Assembly (NCBI GenBank): GCA_977017645.1
Contig: OZ360225.1
Coordinates: 204,042,001-204,106,000 of the forward strand
Direction: 5' to 3'
DNA: 64,000 nt
Origin: Torpedo marmorata
Lineage: Eukaryota
In this document: positions 50,669 to 63,469 of the stretch, one piece after another
Layout of the letters: each line of letters opens with the position of its first letter
Numbering within the stretch: the first letter of the stretch is position 1
Position numbers and translations under genes: made by a program
The notes under the pieces: generated by a model
The model's database searches: none
What the model saw: the letters and a program-made list of their open reading frames with translations, nothing else
What the model was told of the DNA's origin: nothing

Positions 50669-53432
50669 AGGCTACGATGACTGGCCACAGAGACAGCCAA
50701 CTGTACGTCAGGGACAAGAATTCCAGACGGCGGTTCCTCGAGGACACAGGATCCGAAATCAGCATTATTCCCCCGACACCTTACGAAACCAGGACCTGGT
50801 CACAGGGACACGCGCTGCGGGCCACCAATGGCAGCTCCATTCCGACATTCGCCCTGAGGACGGCATACCTCCGCTTCGGCGACAGCCATTTCTCGTGGGA
50901 GTTCACGCTCGCAAGCGTCTGGATGCCCATCCTAGGGGCCGACTTCCTCAGGGCACACAGCTTACTGGTAGACCTGCAGGGTAAGCGGCTGGTCCACGCA
51001 CAGACTTTCCAATCCTTTGCCCTGCAAAAATCCAATCACCACTCCACCCAGCTGAGCTCCGTAGTGCAGCCAGAGGACGATTTCACCCGCTTGCTCGCTG
51101 ATTTCCCGTCGATTTCCGACCCCAAGTTCACGGCAGAGATGCCCAAGCACGGCATCAGGCACCACATCACCACCCAGGGGCCACCGCTCCATGCCCGCGC
51201 ACGCCGCTTGCCCCCGGATAAACTCCGACTAGCCAAAGAGGAGTTTAGCAGGATGGAAGCCTTAGGGATAATCAGACGCTCCGATAGTCCCTGGGCAAGC
51301 CCACTGCACATGGTGCCCAAAGCATCCAGCGGGTGGAGGCCATGCGGTGACTACCGCAGGCTTAATGAAGCCACCACTCCCGACCACTACCCTGTACCCC
51401 ATATTCAGGAATTCGCCGCCAACCTGCATGGGGCGACTATATTCTCAAAGGTTGACCTCATCCGAGGTTATCACCAAATCCCCGTGCTACCGGAGGATGT
51501 GCCCAAAACAGCCATCATAACCCCTTTTGGCCTGTTCGAATTCCTCCGCATGCCATTCGGGCTAAAGAACGTGGCCCAAACCTTCCAACGCTTAATGGAT
51601 GCGGTAGGGCGGGATTTGGACTTCCCTTTCATTTACTTGGATGATATACTTATCGCCAGTAAAACCCGCCAGGAGCACATAGCACACCTCCGCCAGCTGT
51701 TCAACCGCCTAAACCAATGTGGCCTTACAGTCAACCTGGCCAAATGCCAGTTCAGCCTCTCCACAATTGACTTCCTGGGCCATAGGATCACACGCCATGG
51801 CGCAACTCCCCTACCCGACAAAGTGGATGCGGTTTGCAAATTCCCCCGGCCGTCCACCGTCAAGGGCTTCCAGGAGTTTGTGGGGATGGTCAATTTTTAT
51901 CACAGATTCCTGCCAGCAGCAGCCCGCATCATGCATCCGCTTTTCACCCTCGTGGCTGGCAAAGCCAAAGCGCTGGTTTGGGACGCGGAATCCATGGCGG
52001 CTTTTAACAAAGCCAAAGAGGCCCTGGCTGATGCCACGATGCTGGTTCACCCCAGAACCGACGTGCCAACCTCTCTCACGGTGGACGCTTCAAACACAGC
52101 GGTCGGCGGGGTACTGGAGCAGTTTAGTGAAGGCAGCTGGAAAACCTTGGCCTTTTTCAGTAGACATATACGGCCACCCGAGCTTAAATACAGCACTTTC
52201 GATACTTTCTGGAAGGTAGAACATTCACCGCCTTCACTGACAACAAGCCGCTCACTTTCACGTTCTCTAAAGTCTCCGACCCCTGGTCGGCTCACCAACA
52301 GCGCCAGTTGTCCTACATATCTGAGTTCATGACACAGATTCAGCATGTCTCAGGAAAGGACAACGCTGTAGCGGACGCACTATCCCGGCCAACTATCCAA
52401 GCCTTAGCCCAAGGGATCGACTACACCACCCTGGCAGAGGCGCAGCAGGCTGATGAAGAGACGCATTGTTTCAGAACCGCGACCACCGGGCAGCAACTAC
52501 AGGACATCGCCATCGGGACAGGTGAGCAAACTCTCCTATGTGACGTCTCCACAGGCCACCCCCGACCCATTGTCCCAGCCGCGTGGCAGAGGCAGGTTTT
52601 CAATTCCATTCACGGCTTATCCCACCCGTCCATCAGAACTACTGCTAAGCTGATTTCCAGTATATTCGTCTGGCACGTTCTCCGCAAGAAAGTCACTGAA
52701 TGGGCCAAGAACTGCGTGCAGTGCCAGACCTCAAAAGTCCAAAACCACACAAAGACCCAGCCACAAAGGTTTGAGCCAACAACCAGGCGATTTGACCACA
52801 TACACGTAGACCTGGTAGGCTCCAGAGGAGCGCGATACCTCCTCACCATGGTGGACCGTTTCACTTGCTGGTCCGAGGCAGTCCCTCTCGCGGACATCAC
52901 CACCGAAGCCTGTGCCAGAGCCCTTATCACCACGTGGGTCGCACGCTTTGGGGTGCCAGCCCACATTACCTCGGATGGGGGGCCCAATTTACATCAGCCC
53001 TGTGGACAGCAATGGCCAACTTGCTGGGCACACTGTTCCACAAAATGACTGTTTACTACCCACAATCCAATGGTTTAGTGGAACGTTTCCACCGCCACCT
53101 AAAAGCTGCTCTAATGGCCCGCCTAGATGGTCCGAATTGGGTGGACGAGCTGCCGTGGGCCCTCCTGGGGATCCGCACAGCGCCTAAAGAAGACCTCAAT
53201 ACCTCGTCAGCAGAATTGGTCTACGGAACCCCCCTGGTGGTACCAGGGGAATTCCTACCTGCCCCAAGGGGGCAAGATGCCAGCACAGCAGAGATGCTCA
53301 ACAGATTCCGCGAGCAACTCGGCAACCTAGCACCGATCCCCACGTCGCAACATGGACAGCGGCCCGAGCACATCCCCAACAAACTGCGGAGCTGTGAGTA
53401 TGTGTTCGTCAGAAGGGGAGCACACAGGGCAC
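50641..53432 (+). pseudogene. pol: Pol (PR, RT, RNase H, IN), disrupted
   Basis: EDTGS, YLDD, TVDAS and YPQSNGLVERFH motifs; deletion/frameshift near 52200 and frameshift near 52980. Confidence 0.88.
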
Positions 53433-53621
53433 CTTTCCCCTCCTGTCCTCCCATCCATGTCCAATGGTGGCCTTTTGCCTGTTGGCCTGTGCTCCTCCCC
53501 CTGCCCTTTCTTCCCTCCTCCCCCAGCCTTTTTATTCCAGAGCCTGCCTGCTGTTTGCTCATACTTCAAAGAAGGGTTCAGACCCGAAGCGCTGGTTATA
53601 TATATTTTCTTCCTATAGATG
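53433..53621 (+). mobile_element. Penelope tail fragment (continues at 58930-58975)
   Basis: Degenerate hammerhead at ~53563-53592; ends ttcctatagatg, and the expected continuation gatgctgcgtga.ctgctgagtttctc lies at 58930. Confidence 0.7.
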
Positions 53622-54156
53622 TTCAGTTGCGTTGGAGTGTTGGAGTGGGAGGAGTGACTGGTGACTGGTGCTTGGTGAGTAATTTGGAATTGTTAGTTTA
53701 GTTTAAAAAGGACGTGGAGGGCAAAGGGTTAGGTTAAGTGGTGATCAGTAGTAGTAAGTAATTGGGTATTTGAGTAAATTAGCAGTGACCTATAACAGGA
53801 AGGGAAGTTGAGGGAGTGGAACAGGGAAGGAGTGGGGGGCACCGAGAAGGAGTGGGGGGCACCGAGAAGGAGTGGAGGGCACCGAGAAGGAGTGGAGGGC
53901 ACCGAGGAGGAGTGGGGGGCACCGAGGAGGAGTGGGGGGCACCGAGGCTTTGGCTCGAGTGGAACAGGGAAGGAGTGGGGCACCGAGGCTTTGGCTCGAG
54001 TGGAACAGGGAAGGAGTGGGGCACCGAGGCTTTGGCTCGAGAGGCTTCGGCGAACAGAGGCTGAGGTCGAGCTTGTCAATTTAAGGTAAGACTGTTTAAT
54101 TGCTTCCTTATTCTTTTGTAATTTCTACTTATTTGAGGAAGGGGGAGAGAGTAGGG

Positions 54157-55095
54157 ATGAGTGTGAGAGCAGTTTTCTGTTCTCAGTGCCGGATGTGGGA
54201 GGTCATGGAGTCTTCTAGCCTCCCGGACGTCCATATCTGCGCCAGGTGTGCTGAGCTGCAGCTCCTCAGGGACCGTGTTAGGGAACTGGAGCTGCAGCTC
54301 GATGACCTCGCTCTGGTCAGGGAGAGTGAGATAGTCATAGATAGGAGTTACAGCCAGGTGGTCACACCAAGACTACGGGAGGAGGACAGGTGGGTCACGG
54401 TGAGGGAAGATAAGAGGAAGAATAAGGTGGTAGAGAGGACCCGTGTGGCTGTAACCCTCAGCAACAGGTACTCCTCCTTGGGTACTGTTGGGGGAGACAG
54501 CCAAGCTGGGGAAAGAGTCAATGGCTGTGCCTCGGGCACTGGGTTGGCCTCTGAGGCTCAGAAGAAGGGTAGAGAAAGGAAGAGGAGGGCAATAGTCATA
54601 GGGGACTCAATAGTCAGGAGTACAGATAGGGGATTCTGTGGACAGAGCAAGGAGAACTGGATGGTGGTTTGCTTCCCTGGTGCCAGGGTCTGGGATATTG
54701 CTGCTCGAGTCCAGGACATCCTAAAGGGGGAGGGAGATGAGTCAGAGGTCATGGTACATGTAGGTACCAACGACATAGGGAGGAAAGGAGAAGAGGTCCT
54801 AAAAAGTGAGTATAGGGAGTTAGGTAGAGAGTTAAAAAGAAGGACCACAAAGGGAGTAATCTCGGGATTACTGCCGGTGCCACGCGACAGTGAGAGCAGG
54901 AATAGAATGAGGTGGAGGATGAATGAGTGGCTAAAGGGGTGGAGCAAGGGGCAGGGATTCAAGTTTGTGGATCACTGGGACCATTTCTGGGGTAGGTGTG
55001 ACCTGTACAGAAAGGACGGGTTGCATTTTAACCCCAGGGGGACCAGGATTCTGGCGGGGACATTTGCTAGGGTTACTCAGGAGACTTTAAACTAG
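54157..55095 (+). CDS. CR1 ORF1p: zinc finger/leucine zipper plus SGNH esterase
   Basis: CSQC..ICARC, LELQLDDL, IGDSI, HVGTND and DGLH motifs; frame open. Confidence 0.9.
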   Translation: MSVRAVFCSQCRMWEVMESSSLPDVHICARCAELQLLRDRVRELELQLDDLALVRESEIVIDRSYSQVVTPRLREEDRWVTVREDKRKNKVVERTRVAVTLSNRYSSLGTVGGDSQAGERVNGCASGTGLASEAQKKGRERKRRAIVIGDSIVRSTDRGFCGQSKENWMVVCFPGARVWDIAARVQDILKGEGDESEVMVHVGTNDIGRKGEEVLKSEYRELGRELKRRTTKGVISGLLPVPRDSESRNRMRWRMNEWLKGWSKGQGFKFVDHWDHFWGRCDLYRKDGLHFNPRGTRILAGTFARVTQETLN

Positions 55096-55299
55096 AATGG
55101 CTGTGGGGAGGGAACCAAATGAAAGAGAACTGCAAGGAGAAGTTTAGAGTGCAATCAGTGAAAGCTTGTAGACAGTGTTCGAGGGGGGAAAGGCAGGAGA
55201 TAGAAAAGGGGGATGCTCTATGCGTGGATGGAAGGAAGTCGATTGCAAAAAAACATAATAGAGCTGTTGGTAAAGATAGGGGCATACAGGATGTAAAAA

Positions 55300-58042
55300 G
55301 TGGGAAATCTCTAAAATGCATATATTTTAATGCAGGGAGCATTGTAAGGAAGGTGGATGAGCTGAAGGTATGGATTGACACTTGGAAGTATGACGTAGTG
55401 GCGATTAGTGAATATGGTTACAGGAGGGATGTGACTGGCAGCTCAATATTCCTGGATGTCGTTGCTTTAGGTGTGATAGAAATGGAGGGTCAAGAGAGGG
55501 TGGAGTTGCATTACTTGTTAGAGAAAATATCACAGCGGTGCTTAAGAATGATAGAATAGAAGGCTCGTCCAGGGAGGCTATTTGGGTGGAGTTGAGGAAT
55601 GAGAAAGGGGAAGTTATACTTATAGGGATATATTATAAACCACCAAATGGGGAACGTGAACTAGAGGAGCAAATTAGTAGGGAGATAGCAGATATTTGTA
55701 ATAAGCACAGGGTAGTGATTGTGGGGTACTTTAATTTTCCCAATATTGATTGGGAAACCCATTCCATGAAAGGGCTGCATGGTTTGGAGTTTGTAAAATG
55801 TGTGCAGGATAGATTTTTACAGCAAATTGTGGAGGTACCAACTAGAGAGGGAGCTGTGTTGGATTTACTGTTGGGAAATGAGATAGGTCAGGTGACGGAG
55901 GTATGTGTTGGGGAGCACTTCGGGTCCAGTGATCATAATGCCATTAGCTTTGATATAATTATGGAAAATGATAGGTCAGGGCCCAGAGTTGAGGTTTTCA
56001 AGTGGGGAAAAGTTAGGTTTGAGGAGATGCGAAAGGATTTACAAGGGGTGGATTGGGACAATTTGTTTTCTGGGCAGGATGTAGGAGGGAAATGGAGGTC
56101 TTTTAAAGGAGAGATTTTAAGAGTACAAAATCTTTATATACCTGTTAGGTTGAAAGGTAAGGTCAAAAGTTTGAGAGAGCCATGGTTCTCAAGGGAGATT
56201 GGAAATTTGGTTTGAAAAAAGAGGGAGGACTACAATAAATATAAGAAACAGGGAAAAAAGGAGATGTTCGGACACTATATTGAAAGTAAAAAGAATCTTA
56301 AGAAAGAAATTAGAAGGCTAAAAAGAAGGTATGAGGTGGCTATGGCAAGTAGGGTGAAAATAAATCCAAAGGGTTTCTATAAATATGTAAATAGCAAAAG
56401 GAAAGTGAGGAATAAAATTGGTCCCACAGAGAATCGGAGCGGACAAATATGTGTGGAGCCAAATGAGATGGGGGGGGAGATCTTGAACAATTTATTTTCC
56501 TCAGTATTTACTGAGGAGAAGGGTATTGAACTGTGCAGGGTAAAGGAAGCAAAGGGGGTAAATATGGAGACTTTAGTGATTAAGAAAGAGGAAGTACTGC
56601 AGCTTTTGAAGCATATAAAGGTGGATAAGTCTCCAGGCCCTGTCGGGATTTCCCCCAGGACCTTGAGAGAAGTTAGTGAGGAAATAGCGGAGGCTCTGGC
56701 AGGGATTTTTCAAATGTCATTAGAGACGGCTATAGTGCCGGACGATTGGCATGTTGCGCATGTGGTTCCTTTGTTTATAAAGTGTTCGAGGAGCAAGCCT
56801 AGCAATTATCGGCCTGTAAGTTTGGCGTCTGTGGGGGGTAAATTAATGGAAAGCGTTCTTAGAGATAGTGTGTATAAGTATCTGGAGAGACAGGGTCTGA
56901 TCAGGGACACTCAACACGGATTTGTGTGTGGAAGGTCATGTTTGACCAATCTTGTTGAATTTTTTGAAGAGGTGACTAGGAATGTTGATGAAGGTAGAGT
57001 AGGAAGGCTCAGTCGTTAGGTATTAATTTGGAGATAGTCAATTGGATTCAACAGTGGCTGGAAGGAAGGTGCCAGAGAGTAGTAGTGGATAATTGTTTGT
57101 CAGGATGGAAGCCAGTGACAAGCGGTGTGCCTCAGGGTTTGGTATTGGGACCATTGCTGTTTGTCATATACATTAATGATCTGGAAGATGGAGCGGTAAA
57201 TTGGATTAGTAAATATGCAGATGATACTAAAATAGGGGAAATGGTGGATGATGAAGAGGGTTTTCAAAGATTGCAGAGGGATTTGAACTGCTTAGAGGAG
57301 TGGGCTGAAAGATGGCAGATGGAGTTTAATGCTGATAAGTGTGAGGTGCTTCATTTTGGAAAGAATAATCAAAGCAAGACATACGTAGTAAATGGGAGGG
57401 CATTGAAGAATGCAGTCGAGCAGAGAGATCTAGGAATAACAGTGCATTGTTCCCTAAAGGTAGGATTGCATGTGGATAGGGTGGTGAAGAAGCCCTTTAG
57501 TATGCTTGCCTATATAAATCAATGCATAGAATATAGGAGTTGGGAAGTGATGATGAAACTGTACAAGGCATTGGTGAGGCCAAATTTGGAGTACTGTGTG
57601 CAGTTCTGGTCACTGAATTATAGGAAGTATATCAACAAAATAGAGAGAGTGCAGAGAAGATTTACAAGAATGTTGCCTGGGTTTCAACATCTGGAATACA
57701 AAGAAAGATTGAACTAATTAGGTCTTTATTCGTTGGAACATAGAAGGCTGAGAGGAGATTTGATAGAGGTGTTTAAGATTATGAGTTGATGTGGATAGAC
57801 TTTTTCCATTGAGAGCAGGAGAGATGGATACAAGAGGTCATGGGTTGAGGGTTGACGGGAAAAGGTTCAGGAGTAACATGAGGGGGAACTTCTTTATTCA
57901 GAGAGTGATTGATGTGTGGAATGGGCTTCCGGGAGAGGTGGTGGAGGCAGGGTCAATTCTGTCATTTAAAGAAAAATTGGATAGGTATATGGATGGGAGG
58001 GGAATGGAGGGATATGGGAAGGGTGCTGGTAGGTGGGATTAG
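55300..58042 (+). pseudogene. CR1 ORF2 (APE endonuclease + RT), disrupted
   Basis: YFNAGSI, SDH, NYRPVSL, SGVPQG and KYADD motifs; several stops and frameshifts, and a deletion near 57000. Confidence 0.9.
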
Positions 58043-58125
58043 AGGAGGGTACTTGGATCGGTGCAGACTAGAAGGGCCGAACTGGCCTGTTTCCGTGCTG
58101 TAGTGGTTATATGGTTATGATGCGT

Positions 58126-58931
58126 AATGGCGGCGCTGTAGCGGCAGCGTTGGTGTGGACCCGCGGGGAGCGGAGATACAGCGCTCCCGCGGGATCCAGC
58201 CACCCAGTCGACCCCCGTCGGTTCCGCACGGGCTTTGAATGGCCCGTTAAAGGAGCCGACGGTGGTTTTATTTAAGATCCCGTGACCATGGGGTCTGCGC
58301 CCAAGATTCCAGCACCTTTTAACCAGCAGCAGCCACGAGGGGCTGCAGATTCTGGGGAAGTGGAGGACTGGAGCAGGGCACCAGAGGACGGGAAGATCAC
58401 CCCCCCGTCAGTGAAGCAGAGGAGACGACCCATGGAACGGTGACCACGGCGGCAGACCGGTGAGAGGCTCTGAGGCTGAAGGACCAGTGCATGTGGCGGG
58501 CTGTTGGCGACTCGAGGCGAGGAACCCGCGGAGGCTGTGGGTTGCTGGAGACTGCTGTCGGGGGACTCACGCCGGGCTGCAGACTGCTGGAGACTGGCTC
58601 GAACTGGCTGGAGGAGTACCAGGTATCAAAACCGGGATGCGAAGGAGTGCCGAGGGCGACCTGACCGTGTTGGAGGTTCGGATCTGGAGCTCGGGTTGCC
58701 GATGGTTTGGACTGGACTCTGTGTGGCTGCGGAAGCGCTGGAGGCGAATCTATGGACACTCGGTCACTCTGGGGGGACTCTCATTTGCTTCTCTTTCTCT
58801 GACTGTAAGGAATGTTAGAGGCGCATAGGCAATTTCTGCCGGTGGCGAATCTGTCTGCCTTGCAGCAGGCAAAAAGAAATTTCATGGAATATGACACTGT
58901 CGTATTACTATGACAATAAATTGAATCTTGA
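58126..58931 (+). mobile_element. Non-coding LINE-tailed repeat family, near full-length copy
   Basis: aatggcggcg start; tgacaataaattgaatcttga end. Confidence 0.8.
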
Positions 58932-60674
58932 TGCTGCGTGATCTGCTGAGTTTCTCAAGCATTTTTGTGTTTTTACAGAAATAGTTGTTATTGTGTTTTG
59001 AACTGAAAATAATTGATTATCTGTTGCATAAAGGTGAAAAGATGATGAAATTGAATTTCCAAGCCAATGGGTGGATATTGAGGAGGTTGCCAGCAGCTGG
59101 TTTCCTGCTGTCCCGTACCACCAAATGTTCCTGGATTGTGCAGGAGAGCCAAGCCATGGGTATTGATATTGAAAATTCCTATGACTAAGTATAAGTGAGT
59201 ACTAGGATGCTGAACATCTTCACCGGCGCACTCAATACTTGAAACAACAATCCACTGTGAACAGGTCATCAGTTGTGGACGGAGCTTCTTGTTTCTGAAA
59301 CACCAAATAACACCACAGCACAGAAACAGGCCCTTTGGCCCTTCTAGTCTGTGCTGTACTATTATTCTGCCTAGTCCTAATGACCTGTAGCCGGATCATA
59401 GCCCTCCATCCCCTCCCATTCAGGTACCTATCCAATTTTTTCCTAAATATCAAAATTGAGCCCAAGCTCACCAATTCAGCTGGCAGCTCGTTCCACACTC
59501 TCACCACTCTGCGTAAAGAAGCTGAAGCCTGAGTAACATGTTTATGATTGAAAACACCAACAATGGTTGTTAATTAAATTTGGTGCCTTCCACTTTGTGA
59601 ATAATTCAGTAGTCTGCATGCTCATTGGCCAGGAGTCAAACTCAGAACTGATTCTAAAGGAACTCACACACGCTAAAAACAGCAAATAGAAAAAAATGAC
59701 GGACCACTTGCCTTTATTCTAAAAGAATGGCAGACACAGAAGAATTCAATTGGCACCCATTGGACTAAAGAGACTAACCCAAAAAACCGTGAAATCACAC
59801 GTATGAATATCAGCAATTCATTCTGCACCAACACGTAACAGCCAGAAGTGCCCGGGGTAGAACTTTTCCCTGCCATCGTCACTTGGAAGCAGAAGATTCA
59901 AGCCATTGTATCTATGCTGGATCCTTGAAGGGGTTTTCCAATTAATCCCTTTCACATCCCCTTTCTGCTGAGTCCTGCCATTCTCTCACCTTTTCATTTT
60001 TATCAGTTCCCTTTTGAAATTTATCACTGGATCTTCACCCTTCAATTTTTAGGTCATAAATTCCAGATCTCAGCAACTTGCTGTACAACAAAATTTCTCC
60101 TCAACTCACCTCAGGCTTTTGGACCTTAAGAGTCTGGAGCTGAATTAGGCCATTTGACTCATCGAGTCTGCTCCACCATTCGAATTGTGGCTGATGTACT
60201 TTTTCATCTTCTGCCTTCTCCCTGTAACCTTTGACACCCTGGCTAATCAAGAAACTATCAACTTCTGCTTTAAATCTACCCAATAACTTGACCTCCACAG
60301 CCGTCTGTCAACAAATACCACAGATTCACCACCTGCTGGCGGAAGAAATTTCTCCTCATCTCTGTTCTAAGGGAACTTTATTTTAAAGGGACTAATTATT
60401 TTAAATCTGTCACCAATTGTTACAGATACCAACTTAGTCAGTGGTTACGTTTCCACAATGATCCATCAATTTGAACATCTTGATTAGATCTCCCTGTTTA
60501 TTTGGATAACCCCAACCTCTCTGGCCTTCCTGGAGAGGTTAAGCCCCCATCCCTGAAACAACTTAAGTAAATCTCATCTGCACACTGCCTAAAACATTGA
60601 ACTCCTATTGAGAGTGTGGTTCTTGAATTAGATACAATTATCCAGCTAAAATCTGACCAGTGATTTATATCTGA

Positions 60675-61486
60675 GTCGCAACATGGACAAGATGAAGGAG
60701 ATGATCGTGGACTTCAGGAGGACCAGGAACGACCACCCTCCACTACACATCAACAACTCTGTAGTAGAGAGAGTGAAGAGAACCAAGTTCCTTGGAGTTC
60801 ACTTAACTAGTGACCTATCGTGGACACTCAATATCTCCTCACTTGGTCAGGAAGGCGCAACTGCACTTCCTGAGAAGACTGAAGCGAGCAAGGTTACCGG
60901 CCACCATTATGTCAACCTTCTTCAGGAGCTCTATTGAGAGCATTCTGGCCGGCTGCATCACAATGTGGTACAGCTACTATAGAGAAATGGATCGGAGGTC
61001 AATCCACAGGACCATAAAAGTGGCAGAGAGGATCACTGGAGTTTCCCTCCCTTCCACCACCCCCCACCCCCCCCCCCCCACAACGATGTGATCTACCCAG
61101 ATCGTTGTCTGAAGAGGGCGTGCAAAATCATTGAGGATCCCTTCCACCCTGCACACAGCATCTTTCAGATGCTCCCATCGGGAAAGTGATACAGGAGTAT
61201 CAGAGCCAGCACCACCAGGCTGAGGAACAAGCTCTTCCCACAGGCAGTGAGAATGCTGAACGACCAAAGGAACTGCTCACACTAACCATCCGAGACTCTC
61301 ATATTTATGAAACAATATTTATTTATTTATTTGTATATATGAATACTAGTCCGCATTATGAATTGTTTGTCTGTATGTGTGTTATGTCTGGTTGTGTGTC
61401 TGCGTGTTTTGCACCAAGGACCAGAGAACGCTATTTTGTCAGGTTGTACTTGCTCAATCAGATGACAATAAATTTGACTTGACTTG
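60675..61486 (+). mobile_element. Rex1/Babar LINE 3' fragment
   Basis: KEMIVDFRR and KFLGVHL motifs; (acttg)n tail. Confidence 0.85.
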
Positions 61487-62191
61487 TTGTTGGTTTTAAT
61501 TGCACATGTTTTACTGTGATGTATATAGCACTATTTTTTAACTTCTGGTTGGATGCTAATTGTATCTCATTGGCTTGTTTTGCACTGGTACAATGACAAT
61601 AAAGTGTATCCAATCTATTCTAATAATCTAAACTTTACATAAAGTTTTGTCATGGCTTCAAGTGTTTGATCTCTTGCTCTACCAATGACGCAAAAGATTC
61701 CTTAAAACACTTGTACACCATATTCCGAGATCCCTGTCTCTCCACAGACCTCTCTGCCACCCTTTGTTTCCCTTTCCACATATACTGCCTGACCTGCTGA
61801 GTGTTTCCAGCATTTTCTGCTTCCATTTCAGACTTCCACCATCTGCAGTATTTTTGATTTTCGGACCCCCAGGTCTCTCGTACCATTTTACTTCATTTAT
61901 TTTGCCTGTCCTCGTTCCTCCTTCAAAATGCAAAACTCCCCTGTGTGAATCACACCTGCCCTGTCAGTCCGAATGATCACATTCGACATTCCTTTCCTAC
62001 ATTTCTGAGTTTAGTGTCAACTGCAGACTTTGGAATTAAGCCCAGTATCCTATGCCTATGGTTCTAATCCTGGGGACACCCTCGTGCTTTTTCCACAATT
62101 ATGGCAAACATTCATTGACTCAAGGACACGAGAAAATGGGAGCAGGAATAAACCAGCGACTTCCTGAAGCTTGCCTGACATTCAGTTAGAT

Positions 62192-62271
62192 CAATGCCAT
62201 AGGTGCTCTGTGGTCAGTAAGGGATTACTTAAGATGATAGGTGAGTGGAAAAAAAAGGTTGAGAACCATTG
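62192..62271. mobile_element. Internally deleted hAT MITE of the 41857 family
   Basis: caatg...gagaaccattg, flanked by 8-bp TSD AGTTAGAT. Confidence 0.75.
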
Positions 62272-62444
62272 AGTTAGATCATAGCTGATCTAAACTGGCC
62301 TCAACTCATCTCCTGTGTCAGTTCCTCATGACCTTCAATACCTTCATCTTCTACCCTCCCATGTGTATCCACCTCTTACCTATCAGCCTGTGCTTCTCCC
62401 CTTGCCCCTTCCTCCCTCCTCTCCTCTCCTCCTCCCATCTCCCT

Positions 62445-63109
62445 TGTATTGTGAAGGGTCATGGCTGTCACGTGACAGCACTGCCCACTACCTGGTCGGA
62501 AGACACACCGCCTGCCAATCAAGGTTTGGCCCCGCCCCACCCACTAGTGCACATCTTGCCGTTGGCTAATTTAAATTCCTTTGTACTTGGCCTTGGGCCA
62601 TTGGCTTTTGTAGTCGACTTAACCTTGCTGGTGCCGAGCTATTGGCCCCCTGTAAAGGACCTGGGCTGGACCCCGCAGCCCTCCAGCACTATAAAGGGCG
62701 TGTGCTCAGCTCGCCCTCTTTGCCATCTTCGAGGGACCACCCTGCTTCACTCCAGGCCGAGTACCGTGGAACAGCGCTGGAGAAATCGTTGGTAAGATGT
62801 GCACTGTTAAAGGGTTGGGAGCGTTTTAGTTAGTGTCCCTAATAGCATAGAGCCATGCCTGCACTGAGTCAAGGGGTGGCGGGTATCATATTGTTTTTTT
62901 CCTTGATTGTTGTATGTACCAGTTCATTGTGTGTGTATGTTATCCCCATTGCGATTTTCCCACGCTCGTCTACAAATTGTGCACGTATGTGTTTTATTCC
63001 CGTTACCATTTTCCCACACTCGTCTTTTGTTAATAAAATCATTTACTACCAGACGGTGTTCAGAGTCCTTGCTTTTGAGACCATCTAATCTTTTTTCTCA
63101 CTCACAACA
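62445..63109 (+). mobile_element. Solo LTR inserted in a Penelope tail
   Basis: TG...CA ends, 5-bp TSD TCCCT, TATA-like tataaag near 62690, AATAAA near 63032. Confidence 0.85.
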
Positions 63110-63469
63110 TCCCTCCACCTGCTAGCTTTTGCTTGCACCTGACGAAGGACTCTGGCCTGAAAAGTTGGTTACCCTTTATTTCCTATGGTGGCTGCATGAC
63201 CTGCTGAGCTTCTCCAGTATGTTTGTGTATTGCAATGCCTTCGTCTGTCAAAGAATTATTCCTTTTCCACTTTAACTACTTCTTCTGATCCAGCCTACAC
63301 AACCCTCAGGAGTACAGGATACCAGAGGTCCACCACACTCAGTGTAAATATGTTTCTACTCTGCTTTAAATGCCAAGCCACTTTTCTTGTAATTGTGTCT
63401 TCTCTTTGAGACTCTCCCACTGGTATATAAAAAAAATCTCAACGTTGACCTTGTCATTCCCTCTTAGGA

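Larger units (their letters stand above)
49587..53432 (+). mobile_element. Gypsy LTR retrotransposon, CsRn1/Kabuki-like, 3'-truncated
   Basis: Putative 5' LTR tgtagc...gctaca (49587-49930), tRNA-Trp PBS, CHCC Gag and pol; no 3' LTR. Confidence 0.9.
53622..58120 (+). mobile_element. Apparently full-length CR1 LINE
   Basis: 5' UTR with purine-rich tandem repeats (53810-54050), ORF1, ORF2, 3' hairpin and (tggtta) tail. Confidence 0.92.

Noticed and set aside
53729-54089. Repetitive ORFs upstream of CR1 ORF1
   Set aside because: Translations of 5' UTR tandem repeats.
58985-59890. Short ORFs in apparently unique sequence
   Set aside because: No recognisable domains or consistent exon structure.
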